Shown: one piece after another, positions 23,402 to 35,158 of the stretch | How the letters are laid out: each line of letters begins with the position of its first letter | How positions within the stretch are numbered: position 1 is the first letter of the stretch | From: Scenedesmus sp. PABB004 | Lineage: Eukaryota | Reading direction: 5' to 3' | Assembly: GCA_014905635.1 (NCBI GenBank) | Contig: JABVCE010000014.1 | Location: forward strand, 868,001-932,000 | DNA length: 64,000 nucleotides | The notes under the pieces: generated by a model | Told to the model about the DNA's origin: nothing | Seen by the model: only the letters and a program-made list of their open reading frames with translations | The model's database searches: none | Translations under genes and position numbers: made by a program

Positions 23402-24111
23402 GCGGCTGCAGCGCGGTGCGTGCAGGCGGCCGCGGGAGGCTGCGCTCGGCGTCGCGTGAGAGTTGAGGCCGAGGCAACCAACCGCGAGGTTACCAGTCCG
23501 CACGCCGGTGCTCTCTCGTCAGCGGGTGCCGGCCGGCGAAAGCGAGGAAAGGAAGGGGATGCCGGGTGCGCGGCCGCGGAGGCGTGCGTAAAGACTACGG
23601 CGACGACGGCACGACTCACGCCGCCGCCTCCGCCAACCATGAGTGAACAACCTCACGCCGCTCCCGGGCCCCGGAAGCGCTGAGCCCCCGCCGCGCGCGG
23701 GCGGCGGCGGCCGACGTCGGCAACTGCAGCCCCGGCGAGCGGGGCGCTGCTGCGAGGGAGCAGGGGTGGTGCCGCCGCCGAGGCGCGTGCATGCGTTCAG
23801 CGAGCGACAGAGGGTTGGTGAGGGAGGGCCCGCCGCCCCCGGCAGCGGCCGCCGTGCCGGCGCCGCGCCCCCACGCGATGTGCTCCCAATTCGGTCTGCG
23901 CCGTTCCGCTTCTGCCCCCGCCCACACCACACAAACACCCACACCAGCACGGACGCGCCCACACCCCCGCGGCGCCCCGCGGCCGTGCGCTGGGCGTGTT
24001 CCGCCGGCACGTCGCCGTGCAGTGCAGCGCGCACACACCCGGAGTTCTCTGCCCGCCGCGCCCGGCCGCGGGTGGGCCCGCGTGCGCGGGGGTTCGCCGC
24101 GCCGCGGGGCC

Positions 24112-27100
24112 TCACAGCGAGGCGGCGGCGGCGAAGAAGCAGGCGCAGTCGCGCTCGCGGTCCTTGAAGCACTCGTAGCTGCGGCACTCGCGGTGGCACT
24201 CGGCGCGCGCGCACACGCCGTCCTTGCAGCGGTTGCCGCGGCAGCACTGACTGTCGGCCGTGCAGGGGCCCCAGCCCTCGCCCAGGCACGACGGCGCGAT
24301 GGGGCGGCAGCTGCCGCGCTTGCGGCGGTGGTCCCAGTCGCAGGTCAGGCCTGCGCGGGCGGCGGGCGGCGGGCGGTCGAGGCGGCGGCCCGGCGCCCTC
24401 CGGCGCGCCGCGCCGCGCGGCCCCCGCGCGCCGCACCGCGCCAGCGCGCGCGCCAGCGGGCGCCGCTCACCCTTGCAGCAGCAGCCGTCGCGGCCGCCGC
24501 AGGAGCCGCCGTCCGGCACGCACTCGGGCTGCGCGGGCTTGCACACGTGCGGCCCGACAACGCACTTGTCGTACGTCGCCTGGCACGTGTAGCCCGCGCA
24601 GCAGGGGTTGGCCTGCCCCGGCGCCGGCGGCGTGCACTGCCACCACGCGGGCTTGCAGACCGGCACAGGCTGCGTGGGCGCGGCGCGGGCGCGAGGCGGC
24701 AGGCGTGAGGCACGGTGCGGGCGGCGGCGCGGCGAGCGGCGGCCGCCAGCGCGCGCGCCACAGCGCCCCGCGCACGCGCGATTGCTCGTCGCGCACCGCG
24801 GGGCAGGTGAGCAGGTCGCACTGGCCATACAGGGTCCAGCGGCCGCCGCCGGTGCAGGTCTCGCGTGTGCCCGTGGAGCAGCCGCCCGTCGCGGCGTTGC
24901 AGCAGCCGCCGACGCAGTAGCTGTCCGCGCCGCAGCGCCCGCCGAGCTTCCAGGTGCCCGCGTTGGGGCACTGCGCGCGCGTGACGTTGTTGCGGCAGCC
25001 GCCGTTGGGCACCATGCAGCACGCGCCGGTGGGGCCGACGCAGCCGACCTGGCTGCACGCCCGCCCCTCGCTCCAGCGGCCCTGGCAGTCGGCTCGGTCC
25101 ACGTTGTCGGTGCACACGGCGACGTTGAACTCGGTCACGCAGCACGCGCCCGGCTGGCGCGCCTGCGCCTCGCACACGAGCTCGTCGCAGTTCCGGCGCG
25201 CGCTGAACGCGGCGCCGGGGCCGGCGCAGTCCTCGGGCTGGCGGTGCACGCAGGCCCCGCCGTCGGCGGGGCAGCACGCGCCCTGCGCGCGCGGTGCGCG
25301 GAGCGGCAGGGGGGCGCCGTGGGCGGCCACCGCGCGCGCGGCGGCGCCGGCGCTGGCGCGCGCGCGCGGCGCGCCGCGCCGCGTGCGCCCCCGCACGGCG
25401 CGCCGCGCGCACCGCGACGCGCGCGGTCGCGTGGTCGTCGTTGTTGCTGCCGTCGGTGTCGGTCGAGTCGGTGGTGATGCTCACGTTGTTGCGGTGCTCG
25501 CCCGCGACCATGCCCGTCACGGTCAGCGTGATGGTCTTGACGTCAGACGCGGAGAAGCGCTTCCAGGTGCACGTCACGCGGTCGGTCGTGTACGCGCACG
25601 CTGCGCGGCGGCGTGCGGCACGCGGGCGCGGGCGCAGTGTCCGAGGCTGCGCGGCCGCGCGCGGGCGCGGGGCACGGGCGCGGCGGGCGCGCGGCGCGTC
25701 CGCGGGCGCGGGCGCGGCTGGCGGCACGCACCGTTGTCCGCCGGCTTCTCGGCGAGGCGCTTGAGCGTGAGCCCGCGCGGCAGGCGGTCGGACAGCACCA
25801 CGTTGGCCGCGCGCGCGTTGGGCTGCACCGCGTTCATGCCGACCGTGAGCGTGAACTCAAACTCCTCGCCCACGCCCTGCACCTTGCTGAGCTTGCGCTC
25901 CGCGTTGGCCGCCGGGGAGACGACCTTTGTGACGTACAGGTCCACGTCGGACTGGAACTCGGCGTCAAAGTCTTGCTGCGCGCGCACAGCGGCGGCGCCG
26001 GGCAGGCGGGCGGGGTGAGGCCGGGCGCGGGGGCAGGCACGGGCGCGCGCCGGGGGGCGCCGGCGGCGGCCGAAGTGCGCGCGCGTGCGGGCGGGCGGGC
26101 GCCCGCCACGCACGCAGCAGTTGGCCACGCTCGGGGGGCGGTCCGCGGCGGAGGCGTTGTACTTTTTGAACGATGAGGCGCAGTCAAAGTGCGTGCCCGG
26201 GGTGAACGGGTCCACGCTGCCGCAGGTGGGCGTGAACGCGAAGCAGCAGTTGGCCTTGTTCGCCGGCGCGGCGTTGACGGCGCGCGGGTCGGCCACGTAG
26301 CCGCGCGGGCAGGTGAAGGAGACCTGCCCCGGCCGCGTCACCGGCTCCATGTTGCTGCACGTCGCGGGCTGCGCGCGCGCGCGGCCGGCAGCGGGCGGCG
26401 GTGGGGTGTGAGCCGGCGCGGCGGGGCGCGGGCGGCTGCGCTGAGACGCGCGGCGCGGCCTGGCGCGGCGCGGCGCGGCGCGGCTCGCACCTTGCAGCAG
26501 GTGCGGTCGCTGGGCGGGCTGGTGGAGCCCATGCTGGGGTCGTACTGGCTGCTGGCGGGGCAGTCGTACTTGAGGTCGGGCTTGGTGACGGGGAACGGCC
26601 GCGCGCACGTGCCGTCCTGCGCGGCGCGGGCGCGGGCATGCATGTGCGCGCGTGCGTCAGCAGCGAGCAGCGGCGGCGGCGGCGGCGGCGGGCTGGCTGC
26701 GCCGCGCCGGCGGGCGACGGGCGGCGGGCGGCGCAGCGGCCGCGCGCGCGCACCTTGCAGCACGCCGCCTGGCTGGGCGGCGAGGTGTTGATGGCGGCGG
26801 GGTCAAACTCGGAGCCGGCGCGGCAGTCAAAGCCGCTGAACGGGTCCCGAGGGTCGGGCGAGCCGCACGTCTTGCGCTGTCGGGCGTGCACGCGGCGGCG
26901 TGCGCGCGGCGGCAGCGGGCGCGGCGGCAGCGGGCGCGTCAGCAGGCGGCCGGCCGGCGCGGCGTGCGCGCGCCCGCCGGCGCCCGCCGCGCTGCGCCGC
27001 GCCGCGCCGCGGCGTGGCGCGGCGCGCACCAGGCAGCAGGCGTCCTGCGTGGGCGGGCTCGTGCCGCCGTTGGCGGCGTTGTACACGCTGCCATCGCCGC

Positions 27101-28677
27101 AGTCAAAGCGCTTGCCCGGGGCGGTCACCGGCTGCACGTCCTCGCACGTCGCGGCCTTGCAGCAGGCGCCGATGCTCGGCGGGCTCACGCGGCCCTCGCC
27201 AGAGTCGTACTCGTAGCCGGCTGGGCACACAAAGTCCTGGCCCGGCGCCGTCGCGGGCGAGGTGTTGCTGCAGGTCGCTTTCTGCGCGGCAGCGGCGGCA
27301 GCGGCGGCGGCGGCGGGGGGTGAGTGGGTGAGTGGGAGAGCTGGGGTCTGGCCGCAGCGCGAGGCGGTGGCGGGCAGCTGTCTGCGCCGCTCGCGGCAGC
27401 CGCGCACCACGCAGCACGCGTCGACGCTGGGCGGCGCCACGCCGGTCGCGGTGGCGTCAAACTCCCAGCCGAAGGGGCAGGAGAACTGCTCGCCCGGCCG
27501 CACCGCGCCACAGGTCACCGGGGCGATGCCCTGCGCAGGCAGGCAGTGGTGGCGGCGGCAGCTGCTGAGGCGCGCCGCGCCACGCCGTGCCGCGCCGCGC
27601 CGCGTGCCCGCCGCGCCCCCAGCTGCCCCCACCCCCTCCCCCATCCCCGGCTCAGCCCCGCGCTCCGCCGCCGGCTCACGCGGTAGCAGCAGGTCTCCTT
27701 GCTGGGGTTTTTCTCGTCCGCCGCGTCGGGGTTGTAGAACAGCGGCGCCTCGCAGCCGTCAAACTGCTGCGGGCCCTCCGTGTTGAGGTCGGTGTCGCCG
27801 CACGTCGGCTGCGCGCCGCGGGCGGCGCGGGGTGGCGGGGGTCGCGCGCCGCCGGCCCCGTCGCGGCCTCCTCGCTGCGGCCGTGAGACGGCCGCGCCGC
27901 GCCGCGCCGCGCCGCCGCCGCCGCCCGTCTGCAGGCGCGCCGCGCGGCTCCTCGCCAGCTCGCCCGCCGCTGCGCCGGGGGGCTCACCTCGACGCAGCGG
28001 TAGCGCATGCCCGACCAGAGCATGCCGTCGTTGTTGACGCCGGAGCCCTCGCACCGCGTGTCGGCGTAGAGCTGGGAGAGCTCAAACGCGCGGAATCCGG
28101 TCCCGGGGCGGGCGGTGACGTCGAGGTTCTTCACGCCGTACCCCACGCGGCAGTCGCTGCAGACGTCAAACACCACGCCCCCGCCCTCGAGCGTGGTGGG
28201 GCCGTTCTTGGCCCACGCGTAGGTCGTGGTCACGTCGGGCAGGCCCGCGCCGCGGCCGTACACGCCGCGCACGAGCGCGCCGCCGGTGCCGACGTCGCCG
28301 GCGCGGAACTCCACGTACGTGAGGTACGCGGGGCTGTCGGGGCGGAGCTTGAACGAGAGCGGGTTGTTGGGCGGGATGATGCCGGGCGTGGGGCCCGACG
28401 CCTGCACGACCGGCTCAAACGGGATGTCGCCGCACACGTCGGCCGCCATCGACGCGCACTTTTGGGTCGTGCCCGGCGCGGTGCGCTCGCACGTAAAGTC
28501 GCGCGGGCCCACCCAGGGCGTCCAGGGAGGCATGGAGGGGAAGGGCGCGGCCGCCATGTCGAGCTGGCGCAGCGTGCCGTCGCAGACGAGGCCGCCCTGC
28601 GCCGCGGCGCGGCCGGCCGCGAGCGCGAGCAGCGCAAGCGCCGCCCCCGCCGCGAGCAGGCCCCGGCGGCGCGCCAT
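24112..28677 (-). CDS. Secreted multidomain Cys-rich protein: unassigned N-domain + 8 TC-x-C-x-CC modules + DUF11-like domain + GACC repeats + knottin-like C-terminal repeats
   Basis: Signal peptide [27 protein letters not shown]. Modules such as KATCSNTSPATAPGQDFVCPAGYEYDSGEGRVSPPSIGACC. DUF11 signature DLYVTKVVS...VGEEFEFTLTV...AANVVLSDRLPRGL...DTDGSNN. Stop at 24112. Confidence 0.8.
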
Positions 28678-30107
28678 GACGGCGTGCGGCCTGGCCCTCG
28701 CAGGAGCTGCGCCAGCGCCAGCGCCAGCGGCGGCGGCGGCGCGGGGCGGCGGCGGCGGTGTGAGGCGGCGCGCGACCAACGCCGCCGGCTGCCGGCCAGG
28801 GCGGCGGGCGGCGCGCTGCTGCTCCGCGGTCGCAGAAAGTCGGCTTCGAGCTGAAGGGGCGGGCGTGGCGCTGTGCGGGCCGCGCAGCGCGGCCGGGCCC
28901 GCTTTCCCGCGCGCGCGATGATGGGTGCGCGCGCCCCCGGCCGCACCTGTGCGCGGCGCGGCCAACTCCCGGCGCGCTGTGCTGGGCGATATAGGACCTG
29001 TCTCTCAGCGCCGCGCGGTCAGCTGCGGCCGCTCAAGGCGCGGGGCGCTGTCAGCGGGCTGCGACGCGGGGCCGTTGCGGCGTGGCGTGAGGCCTAGGCG
29101 ACGCGGAGTTTGAGGGATGCCTGTGACGGGCCCGCCCGGAGCTCGCGGCGCGGGACGGGGCTCGCGCGCGCTGGGAGGCCTGCGGGCGCGACTGCCGCCT
29201 CGCCCGCGCGTCACGGCGTCCCTTGCGAGGTGGCCGAGCAGCTCTTCCGGGCCCAGGCGCGGGTCCGGGCGTGGCTCGTGCCAGCTTGCGGCGGCCAGGC
29301 GAGGCGCCAGGCCAGGAGGGCTGCTGCCGCTGGTCCAGCAGCTCAGGCGCGAGCGCGCTGGCGGCGCGTCTGAGCTGCTGGGAAGCCGCTGCTGCGCGCG
29401 TCTGAAAGCTAAGTGCAGCTGCCACGCAGCGCTGTGGCGAGCGCGCGGCGGCAGCGGCGGGGGGCCGCCGCTGCCAGCGGCTGGCTCCTCGCGCCCAACG
29501 GCGCCGGCGGCGGTGAGCTCCACGCCATGGTGGCGCCAAGACCACGTTCGTCTCTACAGGAGATCTGTCTCGCCTGCTGCCCCGCCCAGGAGCTGGGGGG
29601 CAGCGTGCCGGGCAGCCCACGGGACGGGCGGCGGTTGAGCCGCCGCCGCGCTCAGGGGCCTTCCCAGCTCGCCGCGGGGCCCAAAAACTGCCGCAAGCTG
29701 AGAGTTTTGGCCGATACAGCGCGCTGATCCAGGCGCAGGCCTCGCGCACACGCCGGGCAGGCAGCGCGAGCGGGCGCCCACTTGATCGGCGCGCTCCGGG
29801 CGCGTTCGGAGGTGAGCCCGCCGCTGTGAGATACGTTTGCGCAGACACTGCTTCTGGCCCCGCTTCAGCGCGCGGAGACGCCCCAGCGCGCCGGGGGGCC
29901 GTTGGCAGCAGGGCGGCACTACGCCCGCCAGCGCCCGCCGGGCGGCCGCGCAGGGCGGGCACTCCACGCGCAGCGCCAGTGGCCCGCGCGGCGCACGCGC
30001 CGCGCCAGACTCCCGCCGGCGGCGGCGATCGCGCGGCGCGTGGCGGCCAACCGCCGCGCTGACCAACGGCACGCGCGCGCCACCGCCGCCGCAGCGCAGC
30101 CGCCGCC

Positions 30108-33100
30108 ATGGCCGGCCCGCCCTCCCTGGCGCTGCTGGCGCTGCTGGTCGCGGCCGCCGCGCTGGCGTCGCGCGGCGCGGCGGGGCAGGGCCTCGTGTGC
30201 GACGGCCAGGTGCACCGCCTGGACGTCCCCGCGGCGCCCTACCCCACGCAGGCGGACTACTACTACCCCACTGCCCTGCCCCCCGGCCTGGCCTGCCAAC
30301 GGCTCAAGCAGGGCACCGAGGGCGCGGCCAGCGTGATCGAGAACGGCTTCTGCGGCGGCCGCGAGTCGGTCACGTGCGAGGCGGGCGGCGTGTCGTTCGG
30401 CCCGATCGGCCCGGTCAGCCACGGCACGGGCGGCCCGGGCGCGTACCCGTACGACAACCCGGGCATGTTTGAGACGGTCGTCCCGCCGAGCGACCCGCTC
30501 GTGTACAGCGTCACGCGCGACGCGCCGGACGCGTACCTCACGTTTGTGCGCTTCACCGTCGTCGACGTCGGCACCGCCGGCGCGCGCCTCGTGGGCGTGT
30601 ACGGCGCCGACGCGCTGGCGGGGCCCAACGTCACGGCCGAGCACGAGTGGGTCGCCAACGGCGACCAGGGCGGCGCGGCGCGGTGCGGCGCGTGCTCCGA
30701 CTGCCGCGTCGGCTACGGCGTCGCCAACCTCACGCTCGAGGCGGCGCCGGGGCGGGGCTTCCGCGCGGTGCAGCTGTCTGCCAAGTACGAGGACGCGCGC
30801 TGCGGCGGGAGCTGCCGCGATAGCGACGGCATGTACTGGAGCGGCATGGAGTACGCCTGCCTCGAGGTGCGCGGCGGCGGCGGCAGCGGCGCAGCAGCAG
30901 CGCGGCAGCGGCGCGGACGACGGGCGGCACCGCACGCTCACGGCGCGCCGCCGCTGCCGCTGCCGCGCCGCAGCCCACGTGCGGCGACACCGACCTGGAC
31001 AAGGCGGGCGACCAGCTCTTTGACTGCGAGGCCGCGGGCCTCGTCGCCGACGGCGACAAGACCGGCGCGCGCTCGCCGAGCGCCGAGACCTGCTGCAAGG
31101 TGGGTGGGGGCTGGGGCGGCGGCGGCATCAGCGGCAGCACAGCGCCCGAGCCCGGCCCGGCCGCGCCGCGCCGCGCCGCACGCGCAGCAGCAGAAGCCGG
31201 GGCCGTTTGCGCCCACGTGCGGCAACAGCAACGAGACTACCCCTGGCACTCCGTTCAGCTGCCCCGAGGGCTCCAGCTACAACATGGACGCCGCCAACGC
31301 CACTGCCAGCGAGGCCGACTGCTGCATCAAGGACCCGCCACCGCCGTTTGTGCCCACGTGCGGCAACAGCAACGAGACTGCCCCTGGCACTCCGTTCGGC
31401 TGCCCTGACGGCTCCAGCTACAACATGGACGCCGCCAACGCCACTGCCAGCGAGGCCGACTGCTGCATCAAGGACCCGCCGCCGCCGTTTGTGCCCACGT
31501 GCGGCAACAGCAACGAGACTGCCCCTGGCACTCCGTTCAGCTGCCCTGAGGGCTCCAGCTACAACATGGACGCCGCCAACGCCACTGCCAGCGAGGCCGA
31601 CTGCTGCATAAAGGACCCGCCGCCGCCGTTTGTGCCCACGTGCGGCAACAGCAACGGGACTACCCCTGGCACTCCGTTCAGCTGCCCCGAGGGCTCCAGC
31701 TACAACATGGACGCCGCCAACGCCACTGCCAGCGAGGCCGACTGCTGCATCAAGGACCCGCCGCCGCCGTTTGTGCCCACGTGCGGCAACAGCAACGAGA
31801 CTGCCCCTGGCACTCCGTTCAGCTGCCCTGAGGGCTCCAGCTACAACATGGACGCCGCCAACGCCACTGCCAGCGAGGCCGACTGCTGCATCCAGGTGCG
31901 GCCGGCGCTGGGCAGCGCTTTGCACCCAGGCCTGCAACAGTGCCGGCCTGGCGCGCCGACTGCCGGCTGCCCGCCGCCGCCCTGCAGAATGAGCTCCCGT
32001 TCACGCCCACGTGCGGCAACACCGACCCGGTCACCCCCGGCGTGCTGCACCCCTGCCCTACGGGCTTTACGTTCAAGCCTGAGGCCAGCGACCTGCCCGC
32101 CAGCGACGTCAACTGCTGCACGGCGGTGCGGGCTGCTCGGCACTGCCGCCGCCGCTGCTGCAGCTGGTGCGAGCTTTGCTCACCGCGTGCCATGGCCGCC
32201 GCGCGCAGAGCATCGTGCCGCCGCCCATCTTTGTGCCTATCTGCAGCAACACGGACCCTGTCACGCCTGGCATTCCGTTCTCCTGCCCTGATGGCTCCAG
32301 CTTCAACCTGAACGCCGGCGACCAGCCCGCCAGCGAGGCGGCGTGCTGCAGCGCGGTGCGGAAGGGCAGCCCGCCGCAGCGCGCTCCGGCCGCTGCAGCG
32401 CGCGCGCTGACCTGCCCGCCCGCGCGGCACCGCAGACGCCGCCGCCGTTTGTGCCCACGTGCGGCAACAACGACCCCAACACGCCCGGCACTCCGTTCAG
32501 CTGCCCTGACGGCTCCAGCTACAACATGGACGCCGCTGACCAGCCCGCGAGCGAGGCGGCGTGCTGCATCCCGGTGCGGCAGGGCTGCCGAGCAGCTGCT
32601 GATGGCAGGGCAGCCCGCCGCAGCGCGCGCGCTGACCCGCCCGCCCGCCCGCGCGGCACCGCAGACGCCGCCGCCGTTTGTGCCCACGTGCGGCAACAAC
32701 GACCCCAACACGCCCGGCACTCCGTTCAGCTGCCCTGACGGCTCCAGCTACAACATGGACGCCGCTGACCAGCCCGCGAGCGAGGCGGCGTGCTGCATCC
32801 CGGTGCGGCAGGGCTGCCGAGCAGCTGCTGATGGCAGGGCAGCCCGCCGCAGCGCGCGCGCTGACCCGCCCGCCCGCCCGCGCGGCACCGCAGACGCCGC
32901 CGCCGTTTGTGCCCACGTGCGGCAACAACGACCCCAACACGCCCGGCACTCCGTTCAGCTGCCCTGACGGCTCCAGCTACAACATGGACGCCGCTGACCA
33001 GCCCGCGAGCGAGGCGGCGTGCTGCATTGCGGTGCGTGCAGCTTGCGCACCGCCGTCTGCCCCAGTCGGCGGCAGGCTTGTGCTCACTAGTCACGCTCTC

Positions 33101-33944
33101 GCTTTCCGCAGAACATTGTGGAGCCCTCTCCCGAGCCCTCGCCGGAGCCGGTGCCGGAGCCCTCTCCCGAGCCCTCTCCCGAGCCCTCTCCCGAGCCGTC
33201 GCCGGAGCCGTTGCCGGAGCCCTCTCCTGAGCCCTCTCCTGAGCGCTCGCCGGAGCCGGAGCCCTCTCCCGAGCCCTCGCCGGAGCCGGAGCCAGAGCCC
33301 TCTCCCGAGCCCTCTCCCTCTCCCGAGCCCTCTCCCGAGCCCTCGCCGGAGCCGGTGCCGGAGCCCTCTCCCGAGCCCTCGCCGGAGCCGGAGCCAGAGC
33401 CCTCTCCCGAGCCCTCTCCCGAGCCCTCGCCGGAGCCGGTGCCGGAGCCCTCTCCCGAGCCCTCTCCCGAGCCCTCGCCGGTGCCCGAGGACGCGCCGAC
33501 ATGCGCCCGGGCCAACGCCGCGGGCGAGCCGTTTGCCTGCCCCGCCGGCTACCAGGCAAAGCCCGGCTCCGAGGAGCTGCCCGCGGAGGCCGCCAACTGC
33601 TGCGAGTGCGCGCCGCTGCCGTTTGGCCACCTCGGCAAGTTTGCCAAGTTTGGCGCGCTGCTGGGCCACGGCGCCAAGCTCGCCACCTGGTGCGCGCCGC
33701 TGCCGCCGGTCGAGCCGCCGGCGAGCTCGCCCGAGCCGCCGGTGGAGCCGCCGGTGGAGCCGCCGGTGGAGCCGCCGGTGACGCCCGAGGTGCCGGAGCT
33801 GCCGCTGCACCCCTTCCTGGGGCACGGCGTGGACAAGCTGGAGGCGCTCAAGGGCCTGCTGCCCTTCCACAGCGTTGTGGACGGCGTCCTGGGCAAGAGC
33901 GGCGCCTCGCCCGCCGCTGCCGGCGCCGCGCCCGACGCCGCGCC

Positions 33945-33977
<33 letters not shown>

Positions 33978-34020
33978 CGGCGCGGTGACCATCCAGCTGC
34001 CCATTCCGTTCCTCGGCTGA
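30108..34020 (+). CDS. Secreted Cys-module repeat protein with (EPSP)n stalk; paralog of the 24112-28677 gene
   Basis: Signal peptide [26 protein letters not shown]. Shares the N-domain (LVCDG...[12 protein letters not shown]...PG.GFRA..LS..Y.D.RC.GS...DGM.WSGM.Y.C.E) and about 12 PTCG...FSCP.G...CC modules. Pro/Ser/Glu repeat exon; stop 34020. Confidence 0.82.
31203..31895 (+). repeat. Coding tandem repeat, ~5 x 141 bp (47 aa: [47 protein letters not shown])
   Basis: Units start ~31203, 31344, 31485, 31626 and 31767, with near-identical DNA inside one exon. Confidence 0.95.
32400..33030 (+). repeat. Tandem exon+intron repeat, ~3 x 229 bp
   Basis: Acceptor cag|acgccgccgccgtttgtgcccacgtgc recurs at 32433, 32662 and 32891 with identical intervening introns. 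Confidence 0.93.
33118..33490 (+). repeat. (EPSP)n coding minisatellite (12-bp unit gagccctctccc), Pro-rich stalk
   Basis: Direct reading: [16 protein letters not shown]... Confidence 0.9.
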
Positions 34021-34520
34021 GCTGAGCGTCGGCGTGCAGCTTTTTTGTGCGTGCGCGTCCGTGGGCTTCCGAGGGGAGGCTGTGCGGGGGGGGGGGGGGG
34101 GGCAGGACCAGTGCTGTCCCGCGCGCGCGCTGCCGCCGCCGCGGGGCCTGCCCTGCACCATTTTGTTTAGCGGCGCCCAGCTGGCGCGCGCTTGCACTTG
34201 TCGGCCCCCCGCGCGGCGCCCGCCAGCGGGTGATTGCCGCTGCGCGGCGGCGCGCGCGGGGGCCTCTGGTTTGAACGCCGTCAGGCAGGCAGCCGGGCCG
34301 GCGCTGCGTGATTGGCAGCCGGAAGGTTTCGCGTGCTCAGGACTTTTGGGTGATCGCCTAGGGCAGGGCAGCGGCTGCAAGCTGCCGCCGCTTCGTCGAC
34401 GCGACGTACGCGTGCGCCGGCCGGCGGCTGGGGCGCTGCGGCCGCCCTGGCTTGCCGGCCCGCCGCGGGGGTTGCCGAGCGTCGAACGGACGCAGCATCC
34501 ACGCGCACGCAGCCACGTGC

Positions 34521-34553
<33 letters not shown>

Positions 34554-34682
34554 TCCACGACGACCGTGCTGTCGCTAGGGGTGTCCAGCTGTTGTGACCT
34601 CGCGCGGGGGCGGGGGGGGGAGCTCTTTGGTCTGCCTGGTTTGCCTGGGCCTGCCGTCCCCGGGGCCTCCTGCTAGCAGGCG

Positions 34683-34734
34683 TGTAACGTCCCCAAGGAA
34701 CAGGCTGCAAGGGCAGTCACGCTCATGTTTTACA
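34683..34734. promoter_or_regulatory. Convergent TGTAA poly(A) signals (+ at 34683-34687 for the Cys-repeat gene; - at 34730-34734 for PEPC)
   Basis: TGTAA on + and TTACA on + (TGTAA on -) lie 47 nt apart between two convergent stops. Confidence 0.45.
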
Positions 34735-35158
34735 GGCAGCGCTCGCACCCGCCCCGCGCCACGCCGCTCGCTGGTGCCCCGCGGCGGCGACGGCGGCCGC
34801 GCGCAGCCGCCGGCCCCGCGAGGCTGCAGCGCGCCCGGCGGCCGCGCCTGCGCCCGGCCCCACCCCTCAGCGGATGCGGCGCACGGCCGGTCGCCCGGCC
34901 GCCCGCCTGCCGCGCGGGGCCGCCAGGGCTCCCGCTTTCTTGAGCGCCGCGCGGGCCGCGACAGACAGACAGACAGACAGGCAAGTCAAAAGGAATGCTG
35001 CCCCGCGCGCGCGCGGTCGCACGAGCGCCGCGGGCAGAGCGCGCTCGCGCGCGCCCGCGTTGCGCCGGCGCCGCGCCCCGGCGGCGCCCCCCGCCGCGTG
35101 CCTGCCGGTGGCGGCCTGCCCCTCCTCCTCCGCGCCTCCGCGCCGCCAGGCCGCGCGC

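Noticed and set aside
31203..33030. Regular repeats that could be taken for a CRISPR array
   Set aside because: They are in-frame coding repeats without unique spacers; eukaryotic context and no cas genes.
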